Positions 1 to 9,465 of a DNA stretch of 32,000 nucleotides are shown here, in pieces. The translations under genes and the position numbers were made by a program. How positions within the stretch are numbered: the first letter of the stretch is position 1; each line of letters opens with the position of its first letter. The DNA lies in contig NZ_CP080507.1 of the NCBI RefSeq assembly GCF_019464535.1, positions 4,080,001 to 4,112,000 of the forward strand, given 5' to 3'. The DNA comes from Horticoccus luteus. GTDB lineage: Bacteria; Verrucomicrobiota; Verrucomicrobiia; Opitutales; Opitutaceae. The notes beneath the pieces were generated by a model. It did no database searches. It saw only the letters and a list, made by a program, of their open reading frames with translations, and was not told the origin of the DNA.

Positions 1-1
1 C

Positions 2-625
2 GTCGAATCGGCCTGCGCCAAATTCGGTCGCATCGACGCCCTCGTAAACAACGCCGGCTACGGCACGCGCGGTCCGGTGGAACTCGTGCCCCTCGAACTC
101 CTGCGCCGCAATTTCGAGACCAACGTCTTCTCGCTCGTGGCGCTCACGCAACTCGTCCTGCCCGCCATGCGCGAGCGCGGCGATGGCTGCATCGTCAACA
201 TCGGCTCCGTCGCCGGTCGCATCGCCCGCCCGCTCTCCAGCGTTTACGATGCCACGAAGCACGCCTTGGAAGCGTTGACCGACGGATTGCGTGGTGAACT
301 CCGCCCCTTTGGCGTCCGCGCGACGCTCATCCGCCCGGGCTTCATTGCCACAGAATTCATCGCCGCGGCCGATGCGGCGTCCGACGCGGTCACGTCGCAT
401 GCCGGCCCTTACGCGCCGTATTTTCGCGGCGTGCGCGCCGGAGTCCAACGCCTGCGGCGCATCGCCGGCCAGCCGGACGATATTGCGCGGCTCGTCGAAA
501 AGGCCCTCACCGCGCGCTGGCCGCGCGCCCGCTACAACGGCCCGTTTCACGCCCGCGTTTTTCTCGCGTTGAAATGGCTGCTGCCGACCGCAGTGCTCGA
601 ACGCATCACGGCGCTGCGCGCGTGA
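2..625 (+). CDS. short-chain dehydrogenase/reductase (classical SDR), 5-prime end cut by window edge
   Basis: The frame of ORF 77..625 stays open back to nt 2. The upstream translation reads VESACAKFGRIDALVNNAGYG (NNAG motif). The YxxxK active site is seen as SSVYDATKHALEAL, followed by the typical IRPGFI segment. Confidence 0.8.
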   Translation, partial: VESACAKFGRIDALVNNAGYGTRGPVELVPLELLRRNFETNVFSLVALTQLVLPAMRERGDGCIVNIGSVAGRIARPLSSVYDATKHALEALTDGLRGELRPFGVRATLIRPGFIATEFIAAADAASDAVTSHAGPYAPYFRGVRAGVQRLRRIAGQPDDIARLVEKALTARWPRARYNGPFHARVFLALKWLLPTAVLERITALRA

Positions 626-731
626 AACTTGGCGGCTCTGCGCCGGCGCCTGCCGCCAGCGCACGGCGCGGGATCGGTCTCCGACGAAAATTGTCTTCGC
701 GCCGCGCCCGCTTTCGTTGCAACTGAGAGCA

Positions 732-1646
732 ATGACTTACGCCGAGATCGCCGCCGCCCTGCCCACCACCGCCCGCACCTCGATCGACGGGCTCGCGTTT
801 CCCCATCTCGCCTCCGGCAAGGTGCGGGAAATCTTCGATCTCGGCGATGCGTTGCTCCTCGTCGCCACCGACCGGCTCTCCGCGTTCGATGTCATCCTGC
901 CGGACGGTATTCCCGGCAAGGGCGCCATTCTCACGCAGATGAGCCTGTGGTGGTTCGCGCAAACGGCCGGCGTGATTCAAAACCACTTGCTGCCCGATCA
1001 GCCCGGCGAGTTTTCCCGCCGCGGGATCCACGATCGCGATCTCCAGTTGCGCAGCATGATCGTGCGCAAACTCAAGCCGCTCGCGATCGAATGCGTGGCC
1101 CGCGGCTACCTCATCGGCAGCGGCTGGAGTTCGTATCAAAAAACCGGCCAAGTCTGCGGCATTCCGCTTCCGCCCGGCCTTCGCCAGGCCGACCGCCTCC
1201 CGGAACCGATTTTCACCCCCACCACCAAAGCGCCCAAAGGCCAGCACGACGAACCCATCAACGACGCCCAAGGCACCGCCATCGTCGGCGCCGCGCTCTA
1301 CGAAAAGGTGAAGGCCACCAGCCTCGCCCTCTACCGCCTCGGTCACGAACGCGCGCACGCCGCCGGCATGATTCTCGCCGACACGAAATTCGAATTCGGC
1401 ACCGACGCCGCGGGCCGCCTGTTCCTGATCGACGAAGTGCTGACACCTGACTCCTCGCGCTACTGGCCCGCCGATCACTACGCGCCGGATCAATCGCCGC
1501 CGAGCTACGACAAACAATTCGTGCGCGACCATCTGCTCGCGTTGAAGTGGGATCAAAAGCCGCCGGCGCCGCGCCTGCCTGCCGACGTGATCGCCCGCAC
1601 CCAGGAGAAATATCTCGCCGCGCTCCGCAACCTCATCGGGCGTTGA
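732..1646 (+). CDS. purC: phosphoribosylaminoimidazole-succinocarboxamide (SAICAR) synthase, long form
   Basis: ORF 717..1646. I chose the ATG at 732 over the TTG at 717. GKVREIFDLGDALLLVATDRLSAFDVILPDGIPGKGAILTQMSLWWF and ILADTKFEFG are classic PurC segments. Confidence 0.9.
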   Translation: MTYAEIAAALPTTARTSIDGLAFPHLASGKVREIFDLGDALLLVATDRLSAFDVILPDGIPGKGAILTQMSLWWFAQTAGVIQNHLLPDQPGEFSRRGIHDRDLQLRSMIVRKLKPLAIECVARGYLIGSGWSSYQKTGQVCGIPLPPGLRQADRLPEPIFTPTTKAPKGQHDEPINDAQGTAIVGAALYEKVKATSLALYRLGHERAHAAGMILADTKFEFGTDAAGRLFLIDEVLTPDSSRYWPADHYAPDQSPPSYDKQFVRDHLLALKWDQKPPAPRLPADVIARTQEKYLAALRNLIGR

Positions 1647-1728
1647 GCCGACCGGCGCGCATCCGCGCTCGCCGAAGCAGACAACGTTTTCGCTCGCGGG
1701 CGGCACGCAGCTCCGCGCCGCCGGCCAT

Positions 1729-3060
1729 TTACTGCATCACGCCTGAGCGACGTTGCGGCGAGGATTGCTCCCGCGCGGCCCGCATCAGCTCACGGCGCAA
1801 CCAATCGAGCGCAGTGTTCACCGCCCGCACATTCACGACTGCACGCGGGCCGGGAAAATTCAGGCTCTTCGACCACACGCCGTGTGGCGAATAGAGCGCC
1901 ACGAAAATCATCCCCGCCGGATTTTCCTTCGGCCCGCCACATTTCCCGCCGAAGCCCGTGATCGCGAGCGCGTAGTCGGCACCCAGTTTCTCCGCCGCGC
2001 CCGTCGCCAACGCGACCGCGCATTCCGCACTCACCGCGCCGTGCTGCATCATGAGGCACTCGGGCACATCGAGCAGCTGCATCTTCGAATCGTTGGAACA
2101 GCAGATCACGCCGCCCGCAAAAAACTTTCCCGCGCCACACAAGTCTCCGAAGGCCTGCGCAAGTAATCCGCTGGTCGAAGTCTCCGCGACAGCGAGGGTT
2201 TTCTCCTGCGCCCGCAACGCTTCGCCGCACACCTTCGCAATCGAATCCTGGCCAAAGGTGACGAAATCTTCGCCGAGGAGTTGTTCGCATTCGCGACCGA
2301 GCGCGAGAAGCTGCGCTTCGCTGAGCGCGCCAGTGGGCGAACTCAGCCGGCAGTCCACGTGGCCGTGGTGCGCACAAAACGCCACGCTCAACGCCTCCTG
2401 ATGCCGCTGCAGAATCGGCTCCAACCGTATCTCGAGCATCGATTCGCCGATCCCCGCCGTGCGCAACTGCAGATAAGCCTCGCGCGACGCCAGCAACCCG
2501 CGCTCCGCCAGCCGCGGAATGACCTGCTCGGTGAGCATCGGCTGCAATTCGTTCGGCGGCCCCGGCAGCATGCATAACACCTTGCCATCCTGTTCCACCC
2601 ACAGGCCCGGCGCCGTGCCGTTCGGGTTAGCCAGCACTTCGCCGCGCTCGAAACGAAACGCCTGCTTCAGATTGTTCGCCGTCATTTTCTTACCCAGGCG
2701 CGCAAACCGCTCGATGATCGCCTGCTCGATGGCCGCATCGTAAACCAGCGCCTGCCCCAACACCTCCGCGAGCACCTCGCGGGTGCGATCGTCGCACGTC
2801 GGGCCGAGACCGCCGGTGGTGATGATCACGTCCGCTTGCGCCCAACTTTCGCGAAACTGCCGCGCGATGGCGTCCGCCTCATCCGTGATCGTCACGCTGC
2901 GCCGCAGCAACACGCCGCGCCGGCCGAGCTGCGCGCCGATGTAGGTCAGGTGGCTGTTCGGCGTGAGCCCGAGCAACAGCTCGTCGCCCAGCGTCAGCAG
3001 CTCATAATGGAGCTGTGAAACCGGCTTGAGCGGGTGATTGGCCGAACTGGAGGAAACCAT
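1729..3060 (-). CDS. cinA: CinA family protein (MoCF-binding domain plus PncC-like nicotinamide-nucleotide amidohydrolase domain)
   Basis: 443-aa ORF. The N-terminus reads ELLTLGDELLLG...VIITTGGLGPTCDDRTRE (MoaB/CinA motif). The C-terminal half reads TLAVAETSTSGLLA...GGVICCSNDSKMQLL, typical of the CinA/PncC domain. Confidence 0.85.
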   Translation of the reverse strand: MVSSSSANHPLKPVSQLHYELLTLGDELLLGLTPNSHLTYIGAQLGRRGVLLRRSVTITDEADAIARQFRESWAQADVIITTGGLGPTCDDRTREVLAEVLGQALVYDAAIEQAIIERFARLGKKMTANNLKQAFRFERGEVLANPNGTAPGLWVEQDGKVLCMLPGPPNELQPMLTEQVIPRLAERGLLASREAYLQLRTAGIGESMLEIRLEPILQRHQEALSVAFCAHHGHVDCRLSSPTGALSEAQLLALGRECEQLLGEDFVTFGQDSIAKVCGEALRAQEKTLAVAETSTSGLLAQAFGDLCGAGKFFAGGVICCSNDSKMQLLDVPECLMMQHGAVSAECAVALATGAAEKLGADYALAITGFGGKCGGPKENPAGMIFVALYSPHGVWSKSLNFPGPRAVVNVRAVNTALDWLRRELMRAAREQSSPQRRSGVMQ

Positions 3061-3280
3061 ACTTGCGAGGCGGGAGATTAGGCGGAATCTGGAAAAATGC
3101 CAGTTGCGGTGCTAGAACTGGCGTGACCGATCCGCCGATGTTTGCCGACTTATTTCTCCGCCTTTTCCCTGCGTCCGGTTCCGACCTACGGTCTGATCTC
3201 GTCGCACGCCGTGGCTGGAGACCGCGCGCGGCGCACGTTTCCCCGCCGCGCGATGCCGGTGCCCGCGTGGTGGTGTCCGC

Positions 3281-4888
3281 ATGAGCGAAGCCATCAACCT
3301 CAAGGAGAAGGTCCGGCAACTGCCCGACCGGCCCGGCGTTTACCTGATGAAGGACCGCCTCGGCCGCATCATCTACGTCGGCAAAGCGAAGAGCCTCAAG
3401 AAACGCGTCTCGTCTTATTTTCAGCCGTCGCGCGCCTTCACGCTGCAGCAACCGAAAATCCGCGCGCTCATCGACCTCATCACCGATTTCGAAACCATCG
3501 AAGTGAAGTCGGAGCCCGAAGCGCTGCTGCTCGAAGGCAAACTCATCAAGCAGTGGCGGCCGCGCTACAACACCGACTTCACCGACGATAAACGCTTCCT
3601 TCTCGTGCGCGTGGATTTGGGTGAAGAGCTGCCGCGCTTCCGCCTCACGCGGCTGAAAAAGGAGGATCGCTCCCGCTACTTCGGGCCCTTCGCGCACAGC
3701 GGCCTCCTGCGCAAAACCCTCGCGCAGATGCGCCGCCAATTCGGCATCCTGCTCGGCGACGGCACGCCGCACCGCCTGCCCGACGGCTCTTGGCAACTCT
3801 ACGACGACGTGCGCCAGGAGCTCTACGGCTTCCCCAACACCGTCACCAGCGAGCAATACCGCCATCGCGTGAACGACGCGTGCGGCTTCCTCGAAGGCAA
3901 ATCCCGCGAGTGGCTCGAAACGCTTCGCGCCGAGATGGCGTCCGCCGCCGAGAAACACGAATTCGAAAAGGCCGCCGAGCTCCGCGACGTCGTCTTCGCC
4001 CTCGAACGCACACTCGCGAAAACCCGCCGCTTCGAACGCAGCGACCCCACGCGCCCGTCCGCCGACGAAGCCGCCATGCAGGCGCTCGGCGAAGCCCTCG
4101 CCCTCCCCGCGCCGCCGCGCACGATGGAGTGCTTCGACATCTCGCACATCTCCGGCACGTTCGTCGTCGCGTCCATGGTGCACTTCGCGCACGGCCGCCC
4201 GGACAAAGACCATTACCGGCGTTTCCAAATCAAAAGCTTCATCGGCAACGACGATTTTCGCGCCATGGAGGAAGTCGTCGGCCGTCGCTACCGCCGCCTC
4301 GCCGAGGAGCAACGCGCGCTGCCCGATCTCGTCGTGATCGACGGCGGCCGCGGTCAGATCGGCGCCGCGTTGAAAGCGTTTGTGGCGATCGGCCTCACCC
4401 CGCCCGCCCTCATCGGCCTCGCGAAGAAACACGAGACGATCATTTTCCCCGACGAACGCGCGCCCCTCAACCTGCCGCTCTCGCACCCCGGCCTGCAATT
4501 GCTGCAACGCCTGCGCGACGAAGCCCACCGCTTCGCCAACACCTACAACTCGGATCTGCGTTCGAAAAAAATTCGCGAGAGCGTCCTCGACGACTTCGCC
4601 GGCATCGGCCCCGCGCGCCGTGCGGCATTGATGGATCACTTCGGCAGCATCGAACGCCTGCGCGCCGCCCGGGCCTACGAAATCGCCGAGGTGCCCGGAT
4701 TTGGCGGACGCATGGCGGCGGAACTCCACGCGTTTCTGCACCGCGCGCCAGACCCGACAACGGACGTCGCGGCGCCGCCGAGCGCGCCGCTGACGCCACC
4801 CACACCGCCCGCCAGCGACCTCCCCGGCGAAGGTCCCGCGCCCGCCGCGCCCCCGCCCGCACCGCCCCGTGCCGCCCCGAACGCGTAG
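3281..4888 (+). CDS. uvrC: excinuclease ABC subunit C
   Basis: ATG start. GIY-YIG N-terminus (LPDRPGVYLMKDRLGRIIYVGKAKSLKKRVSSYF). UvrB-interaction segment (EFEKAAELRD). Endonuclease domain (ECFDISHISG). C-terminal HhH pair (FAGIGPARRAAL...VPGFGGRMA). It also has an extra Pro/Ala-rich tail of about 50 aa. Confidence 0.9.
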   Translation: MSEAINLKEKVRQLPDRPGVYLMKDRLGRIIYVGKAKSLKKRVSSYFQPSRAFTLQQPKIRALIDLITDFETIEVKSEPEALLLEGKLIKQWRPRYNTDFTDDKRFLLVRVDLGEELPRFRLTRLKKEDRSRYFGPFAHSGLLRKTLAQMRRQFGILLGDGTPHRLPDGSWQLYDDVRQELYGFPNTVTSEQYRHRVNDACGFLEGKSREWLETLRAEMASAAEKHEFEKAAELRDVVFALERTLAKTRRFERSDPTRPSADEAAMQALGEALALPAPPRTMECFDISHISGTFVVASMVHFAHGRPDKDHYRRFQIKSFIGNDDFRAMEEVVGRRYRRLAEEQRALPDLVVIDGGRGQIGAALKAFVAIGLTPPALIGLAKKHETIIFPDERAPLNLPLSHPGLQLLQRLRDEAHRFANTYNSDLRSKKIRESVLDDFAGIGPARRAALMDHFGSIERLRAARAYEIAEVPGFGGRMAAELHAFLHRAPDPTTDVAAPPSAPLTPPTPPASDLPGEGPAPAAPPPAPPRAAPNA

Positions 4889-4924
4889 CGCGCTTCGGGC
4901 ATCGGCCGCCGTTGCGAACACGAA

Positions 4925-4949
4925 AAAGGCGGCCTCGTGGGCCGCCTTT
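4925..4949. terminator. bidirectional intrinsic terminator between convergent uvrC and the DUF481 gene
   Basis: Perfect 10-bp stem AAAGGCGGCC / GGCCGCCTTT with a 5-nt loop (TCGTG). It is flanked by an A-run upstream and TTTGCTT downstream. On the minus strand the stem is followed by TTTTTCGTGTT. Confidence 0.7.
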
Positions 4950-4998
4950 GCTTCGAAGGGTGCTGGGCGCCGTCGTCGACGCGCTCGCGAGGCAAGCG

Positions 4999-6051
4999 TT
5001 ACTGCCAGCTCAGCACGAGGCGCGTGAAATACATCGTGTCCAACTTTTCGACGTCAACGCCCGGCTTGCTGTTGTAATCGTTGCTCACGCCAAGCCGCAG
5101 CGCCCACGCATGCGAGCCAGCGGGCGCCAGGATCGGCAGCTCGTAGTAGGATTCGTGCGTGAGGCGGAAATTGCTGAAATCATTGAAGCTCGGCACAAAC
5201 GCCAGGCGGTTCACCAGCTTCGAGTTCGCGAACTGATACTCGTGGTAAATCCCGAGATCCAAACCGGCGCTGCTCACATTTGCGGTCAGCGGGTTGCTAT
5301 AACCTTCATACCGATACGACAAACCGATGCGGCCCGTGAAGATATGCTTCGGCTGTTTCACGAAGTCGTAGCCGATGCCGGCTGCGGCCACGTTATACAG
5401 CTCGACGTCCTTCACGCGATCGAAGCCGCCCTCGTCGCGCATATACCACGAGCGTTTGCCGGAGAAATTATTCGCGTAATCCACGCCCGCCTTGAACTGG
5501 TCGGCGGACTTCACGCCTTCGCTGACCTGGCGATTGTAGGCCGTGTAGAATTGCAACGTGTCCTGCGGCGTCTTGAGCACCGCGCGGCCGCTGACTTGCG
5601 TGCCGAGTTGCTCGGTGTTGCCCGTCTTGCCGGTCATATCGACCGCCGCTTCGTAGGTCCAGTGCCGCTGCAACGCGGCGACTTGCGGATCCGTGCCGCC
5701 CGGCGACCACGTCGCGGCGACCTTGTCCACCTTGGTCGTCAACTCACCGTCCGGGCCCGCGATCTTCATCGCGCCGCCTTCGCTCGTCACACGTCCCTCG
5801 AGCGTCGTGCCGCTCGCGAGCCGCACCACCAACGGAGCGTTCGTCGTGATCCCCACGACTTCGCTCTGCTTCACGCTGAGATCGCCCGCGTAATCGGTTT
5901 TGAGCGTGATGACGCCGGCATCGATTTTCGTAATCGTGCCGATCAGACGGGCGCCCGAACGCGTTTCCACGACGTCTGCGCGCGCAAAATTACTGGCGAC
6001 CAGCGCTAAAAGGAGAGCGCAGGCTATGGGAAATGAACGACTTAGATTCAT
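4999..6051 (-). CDS. DUF481 (YdiY-like) outer-membrane beta-barrel protein with signal peptide
   Basis: ORF 4999..6081. I chose the internal ATG at 6051, which gives the signal peptide MNLSRSFPIACALLLALVASNFARA. The C-terminal two thirds shows alternating beta-strand patterning and ends in an aromatic residue (LVLSWQ), as in DUF481 porin-like proteins. Confidence 0.7.
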   Translation of the reverse strand: MNLSRSFPIACALLLALVASNFARADVVETRSGARLIGTITKIDAGVITLKTDYAGDLSVKQSEVVGITTNAPLVVRLASGTTLEGRVTSEGGAMKIAGPDGELTTKVDKVAATWSPGGTDPQVAALQRHWTYEAAVDMTGKTGNTEQLGTQVSGRAVLKTPQDTLQFYTAYNRQVSEGVKSADQFKAGVDYANNFSGKRSWYMRDEGGFDRVKDVELYNVAAAGIGYDFVKQPKHIFTGRIGLSYRYEGYSNPLTANVSSAGLDLGIYHEYQFANSKLVNRLAFVPSFNDFSNFRLTHESYYELPILAPAGSHAWALRLGVSNDYNSKPGVDVEKLDTMYFTRLVLSWQ

Positions 6052-6063
6052 AGAACCGAATAT

Positions 6064-6091
6064 TTGACAGGAGGTAGGCACGGATTGTCAA
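6064..6091. promoter_or_regulatory. inverted TTGACA-N16-TGTCAA in the divergent intergenic region (candidate back-to-back -35 boxes or operator)
   Basis: TTGACA lies at 6064..6069 and its reverse complement TGTCAA at 6086..6091. Both sit inside the 125-bp spacer between the divergent DUF481 and methyltransferase genes. The arms are only 6 bp, so a chance match is plausible. Confidence 0.2.
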
Positions 6092-6176
6092 CGCCACACC
6101 CTTGCATTGCCCGGCGGCCGATTGGTGGCTCGACAGCCCTGCGCGTGCGGCATTGGTTCCCGCAGACCCGTTTCCG

Positions 6177-7124
6177 ATGCAACAGTTCGCCCACCGCCCC
6201 GCCCTCATTGTCGCCGATCGCTGGCGCGACTACCAACTGCTCGACTGTGGCGACGGCCTGAAGCAGGAACGCTGGGGCGACATCACACTCGTGCGGCCCG
6301 ATCCGCAGATCATCTGGCCCCGCCACGGCGAAAAGCCCGGCGCGCCCTGGACCAAGTGGGACGGCTTTTATCACCGCGCCGAAACCGGCGGTGGCCGCTG
6401 GGAATATCGCCGCCCGTTGCCCGACCACTGGACCGTCCACTACGAGCCGCTGCAACTCACGTTCAAGATTCACCCCACCAGCTTCAAGCACACCGGCCTC
6501 TTCCCCGAACAGGCGGCCAACTGGGATTGGTTCAGCGCCAAAATCCGCCACGCCGTCGCGCCAGCGACCACCGCCGCCACCGACTCTTGCGAGGCCGCCG
6601 GCCCGCGCTCCGTCAACGTCCTCAACCTCTTCGGCTACACCGGTGCCGCGAGCGTCGCCGCCGCGAAAGCCGGCGCCAGCGTCTGCCATGTCGACGCCGC
6701 CGAAGGCATGGTCAAGTGGGCGCGCGAAAACGCCGCGCTCAGTGGTCTCGCCGAGGCGCCCATCCGCTACATCGTCGACGACTGCCTCAAGTTCGTCCGT
6801 CGCGAGCAACGCCGCGGCCGTCGCTACGACGCCATCATCATGGACCCGCCGACCTACGGCCGCGGTGCGACAGGCGAAATGTGGAAACTCGAGGACCACC
6901 TTTGGGAATTGCTCACCGAGTGCCGCGCCCTGCTGAGCGAACAACCGCTGTTTTTCCTGATCAACGCCTACACCGCGCGCCTCTCGCCGACCGTCGTGGC
7001 AAACCTCCTCGCCGAACTCCTCCACGACCGCGGCGGCCAGATCACCGCCGGCGAAGTCGGCCTGCCAATCCAGCGCGACGGCAAGACGCTCCCCTGCGGC
7101 ATCTACGGCCGCTGGGAAAGTTAG
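6177..7124 (+). CDS. class I SAM-dependent RNA methyltransferase (RlmI / RlmK C-terminal-domain-like)
   Basis: ORF 6102..7124. I chose the ATG at 6177 (MQQFAHRPALIV). The SAM-binding segment is VLNLFGYTGAASVAAAKAGASVCHVDAAEGMVKWARENAALSGL, and the catalytic segment is YDAIIMDPPTYGRG. Confidence 0.7.
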   Translation: MQQFAHRPALIVADRWRDYQLLDCGDGLKQERWGDITLVRPDPQIIWPRHGEKPGAPWTKWDGFYHRAETGGGRWEYRRPLPDHWTVHYEPLQLTFKIHPTSFKHTGLFPEQAANWDWFSAKIRHAVAPATTAATDSCEAAGPRSVNVLNLFGYTGAASVAAAKAGASVCHVDAAEGMVKWARENAALSGLAEAPIRYIVDDCLKFVRREQRRGRRYDAIIMDPPTYGRGATGEMWKLEDHLWELLTECRALLSEQPLFFLINAYTARLSPTVVANLLAELLHDRGGQITAGEVGLPIQRDGKTLPCGIYGRWES

Positions 7125-7414
7125 CCCGGAAAAAGACGCCCGCGTAAGTTCGCCCGCCAGAAGAATTGTAAGCCGGGTGCCCCTCCCGGCGGCATTGGGC
7201 ACCGTCACTGCCGCCGCGTTCAGGCCACTCGTCCCGCTTCCCCGCGCCCTCCCCAGTCGATTTCCACCGGGCTGGTCAGACCATTGCCGAATCTCGCCTT
7301 CGAGTTCGCGCCGGCGGCAAAGTCTGGAGCTGGTTGATAGCTGGGAACGATGCTGTCGCCCTTCTCAGAATCGTGCTCATGCTAATCGTGCGTCAGGGCC
7401 GGTGATGCGTCCCC

Positions 7415-8575
7415 TCACCCCGCTTCAGCGACCGCGAGTTGCCCGCAACCGGCGGCGATGTCGATGCCGCGGCGTTGTCTTACCGTGCTCGGTAGCGCGA
7501 ACTCCTCCGCCAGAATTTTCTGAAACCGCCGCGCCGCCTCCGTGCGGCCCGGCGTGCCCGCGTAACCCGCCGTTGGGTTGAGCGGGATCAAGTTCACCTG
7601 CGCCGGCATCCCGTGCAGCAGCCGGCCGACCGCGCGCGCGTGCTCCGCAGAATCATTCTGCCCCTCGATCAGCGTCCACTCGTAAAAAATCCGGCGGCCC
7701 GTCTCCGCGCTGTAGGTGCGGCACGCCTCCATCAACACATCCAGCGGCCACTTCTTCGCCACCGGAACGAGCGCCGCGCGCTCGGCTTGGGTCGCCGCAT
7801 GCAACGACACCGCCAAGTGCAACGGCGGCTTCTCGCGCGCGAGCCGCAGGATGCCGGGCACTACGCCCACCGTGCTCAACGTGATCCGTTCCCCGCCCAA
7901 CGCGAGACCCGCCGGGTCGCGCAAAATCGCCAGCGCCTGCATCACCGCCTCGTAGTTGTGCAATGGTTCGCCCATCCCCATGAGGACGAGATTGCGCAGC
8001 CGCGGTCCGGCGACGGGCGAGGTCGCCGGCGGTGAGTTTTCGCGAAGCGCGCGCGCCACATGCACGGCCTGCCCCACAATTTCGCCTGCCGTGAGATGAC
8101 GCGTGTACCCCATCTGCCCCGTGGCGCAAAACACGCAGCCCATCGCGCAGCCGACCTGCGAACTTACGCACGCCGTCACGCGTCCATCGAACTGCATCCG
8201 CACCGTCTCAATGCGCTCCCCATCGTCGAGCGCCAGCAGGTATTTTCGCGTAAACCCGTCGCTCGAATCCGTCGCGAGCGCCGTCGCGAGCCGGCCGATG
8301 CGCGTCTCCGCCGCCAGCCGCACCTGCACTTTCGCCGGCAGCTCCGGCATCGCCGCGAACGAATCCGCCAGCGTGACATAGAGATAGCTCCACAGGCGCG
8401 CCGCATGCACCGGCGAAAAATCCCAGCCGGCGAACCGCGCCCGCAACTCCTCCCGGGTAAGGTCGTAGAGATTCAGCGGCGCGGCGGACACTCCGCCGAC
8501 ATAGGCATTGCGGAGCGAAATGACAGATTTTTCCGCGCCGTCTTCGCGCGCTCCGGACACGCGTTGCGCGTTCAC
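7415..8575 (-). CDS. rlmN: 23S rRNA/tRNA adenine-C2 methyltransferase, radical SAM (RlmN)
   Basis: The CxxxCxxC radical-SAM motif is seen as SSQVGCAMGCVFCATGQMGYTRHLTAGEIVGQ. Also present are LVLMGMGEPLHNY and IPLNP. The GTG start overlaps the upstream stop by 4 nt (GTGA). Confidence 0.85.
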   Translation of the reverse strand: MNAQRVSGAREDGAEKSVISLRNAYVGGVSAAPLNLYDLTREELRARFAGWDFSPVHAARLWSYLYVTLADSFAAMPELPAKVQVRLAAETRIGRLATALATDSSDGFTRKYLLALDDGERIETVRMQFDGRVTACVSSQVGCAMGCVFCATGQMGYTRHLTAGEIVGQAVHVARALRENSPPATSPVAGPRLRNLVLMGMGEPLHNYEAVMQALAILRDPAGLALGGERITLSTVGVVPGILRLAREKPPLHLAVSLHAATQAERAALVPVAKKWPLDVLMEACRTYSAETGRRIFYEWTLIEGQNDSAEHARAVGRLLHGMPAQVNLIPLNPTAGYAGTPGRTEAARRFQKILAEEFALPSTVRQRRGIDIAAGCGQLAVAEAG

Positions 8576-9390
8576 CGCAACGACGCCAGCGCCGCCGCGA
8601 TCGGCACGGTCTGCCGTTTCCGTTCGAGAAAAAAGTTTACCTCGGTGTAGCCCACGCCCTGCAACGTCCGCAGCGCGCGGCCATAATCCGCGCCGACGCG
8701 CTCCGGCACATGCGCATCCGCACCCAACACCACGGGGATGCCGCGCGCGTGCATCAACGCCAGCATCGCCGCGCTCGGATTGATCTCGGGAATGGCCTTG
8801 TGCAGGCCGCTGGTGTTCAACTCCATCGCCACGCCGGTCCTGGCAATGCGATCGAGCGCGCGTTCAATATCCGGCTGGATGCGCGCGAAATCCCAATCGC
8901 ACGGCGATTCGTTTTTCACCAAGTCTGGATGCGCGAGCGTGTCGTAGAGTCCTGTCTCCGCTGCTTCCGCGAGATGTTGGAAATAGAGCTGTTGATACGC
9001 GAACCAGTCGCCGCGGAAAAAGCGATCCCGATACTCCGTCACCTGCATGTGCACCGAACCCAGCACGTGGTTCAACGGATGCCGCGCATGGAGTTCCTCC
9101 AACCATCCTTCGACGCCCGGAAAATAATCGCTCTCCAAACCCAGCCGCACATCCACCTTGCCGGCGAATGCTGCCCGCGCGCCCGCAATGAGTCTCACGT
9201 AATCTTCGTATTGCTCCGGATCCATGCGGATCCGATTCGGCGGCAGCCCCGGCAGCGGACAATGGCACGTGAAGATGATCCCTCTCAATCCGCGCGCCTG
9301 CGCGGCCGCCGCATATTCCTCCGGCGTGCCCACGGCGTGTTTGCACAACACCGTATGGCAATGGGATTCGTAGAGAAGCGGTTCGGGCAC
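8572..9390 (-). CDS. histidinol-phosphatase, HisJ/PHP family
   Basis: GTG start at 9390. The N-terminal HCH metal-binding motif (YESHCHTVLC) and GSVH...HPDL...GADAH fit the PHP-domain HisJ pattern. The gene is coupled to rlmN by a 4-bp overlap. Confidence 0.7.
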   Translation of the reverse strand: MPEPLLYESHCHTVLCKHAVGTPEEYAAAAQARGLRGIIFTCHCPLPGLPPNRIRMDPEQYEDYVRLIAGARAAFAGKVDVRLGLESDYFPGVEGWLEELHARHPLNHVLGSVHMQVTEYRDRFFRGDWFAYQQLYFQHLAEAAETGLYDTLAHPDLVKNESPCDWDFARIQPDIERALDRIARTGVAMELNTSGLHKAIPEINPSAAMLALMHARGIPVVLGADAHVPERVGADYGRALRTLQGVGYTEVNFFLERKRQTVPIAAALASLR

Positions 9391-9400
9391 GAAGTGATCT

Positions 9401-9465
9401 GAAAATTAAAATTCCGTCCGGGCCGTCGCCCCCGGTCTGGCCGAATGAACGGCGACCCGGACGGA
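9401..9465 (-). terminator. intrinsic terminator of the GH88-like gene
   Basis: On the minus strand, a long GC stem begins 6 nt after the stop codon: TCCGTCCGGGTCGCC ... GGCGACGGCCCGGACGGA (10 + 5 bp with a small bulge). It is followed by AATTTTAATTTT. Confidence 0.75.

Noticed and set aside
3061-3280. I searched the cinA/uvrC divergent region for a LexA (SOS) operator, including the direct-repeat TGTTC-N4-TGTTC type reported for Verrucomicrobia and the palindromic types.
   Set aside because: Only isolated TGTTT and GAAC fragments are present. No repeat or palindrome with proper spacing was found, so SOS regulation cannot be claimed from the sequence.
3002-6009. Long ORFs 3002..4921 (minus, 639 aa) and 3790..6009 (plus, 739 aa) that overlap uvrC and the DUF481 gene.
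   Set aside because: They have Arg/Ala/Gly-rich low-information composition and lie antisense or out of frame to genes with clear family motifs.
7125-7414. 290-bp spacer between the convergent methyltransferase and rlmN genes. It contains alternative GC hairpins (GCCGGG-N7-CCCGGC at 7172..7190; GGTGCCC-N14-GGGCACC at 7176..7203) and the 134-aa ORF 7177..7581.
   Set aside because: The ORF is P/R/S-rich and runs antisense into rlmN. The hairpins lack U-tracts. I could not recognise any tRNA, SRP, RNase P, tmRNA or riboswitch signature by eye. An Infernal scan would be needed before calling anything.
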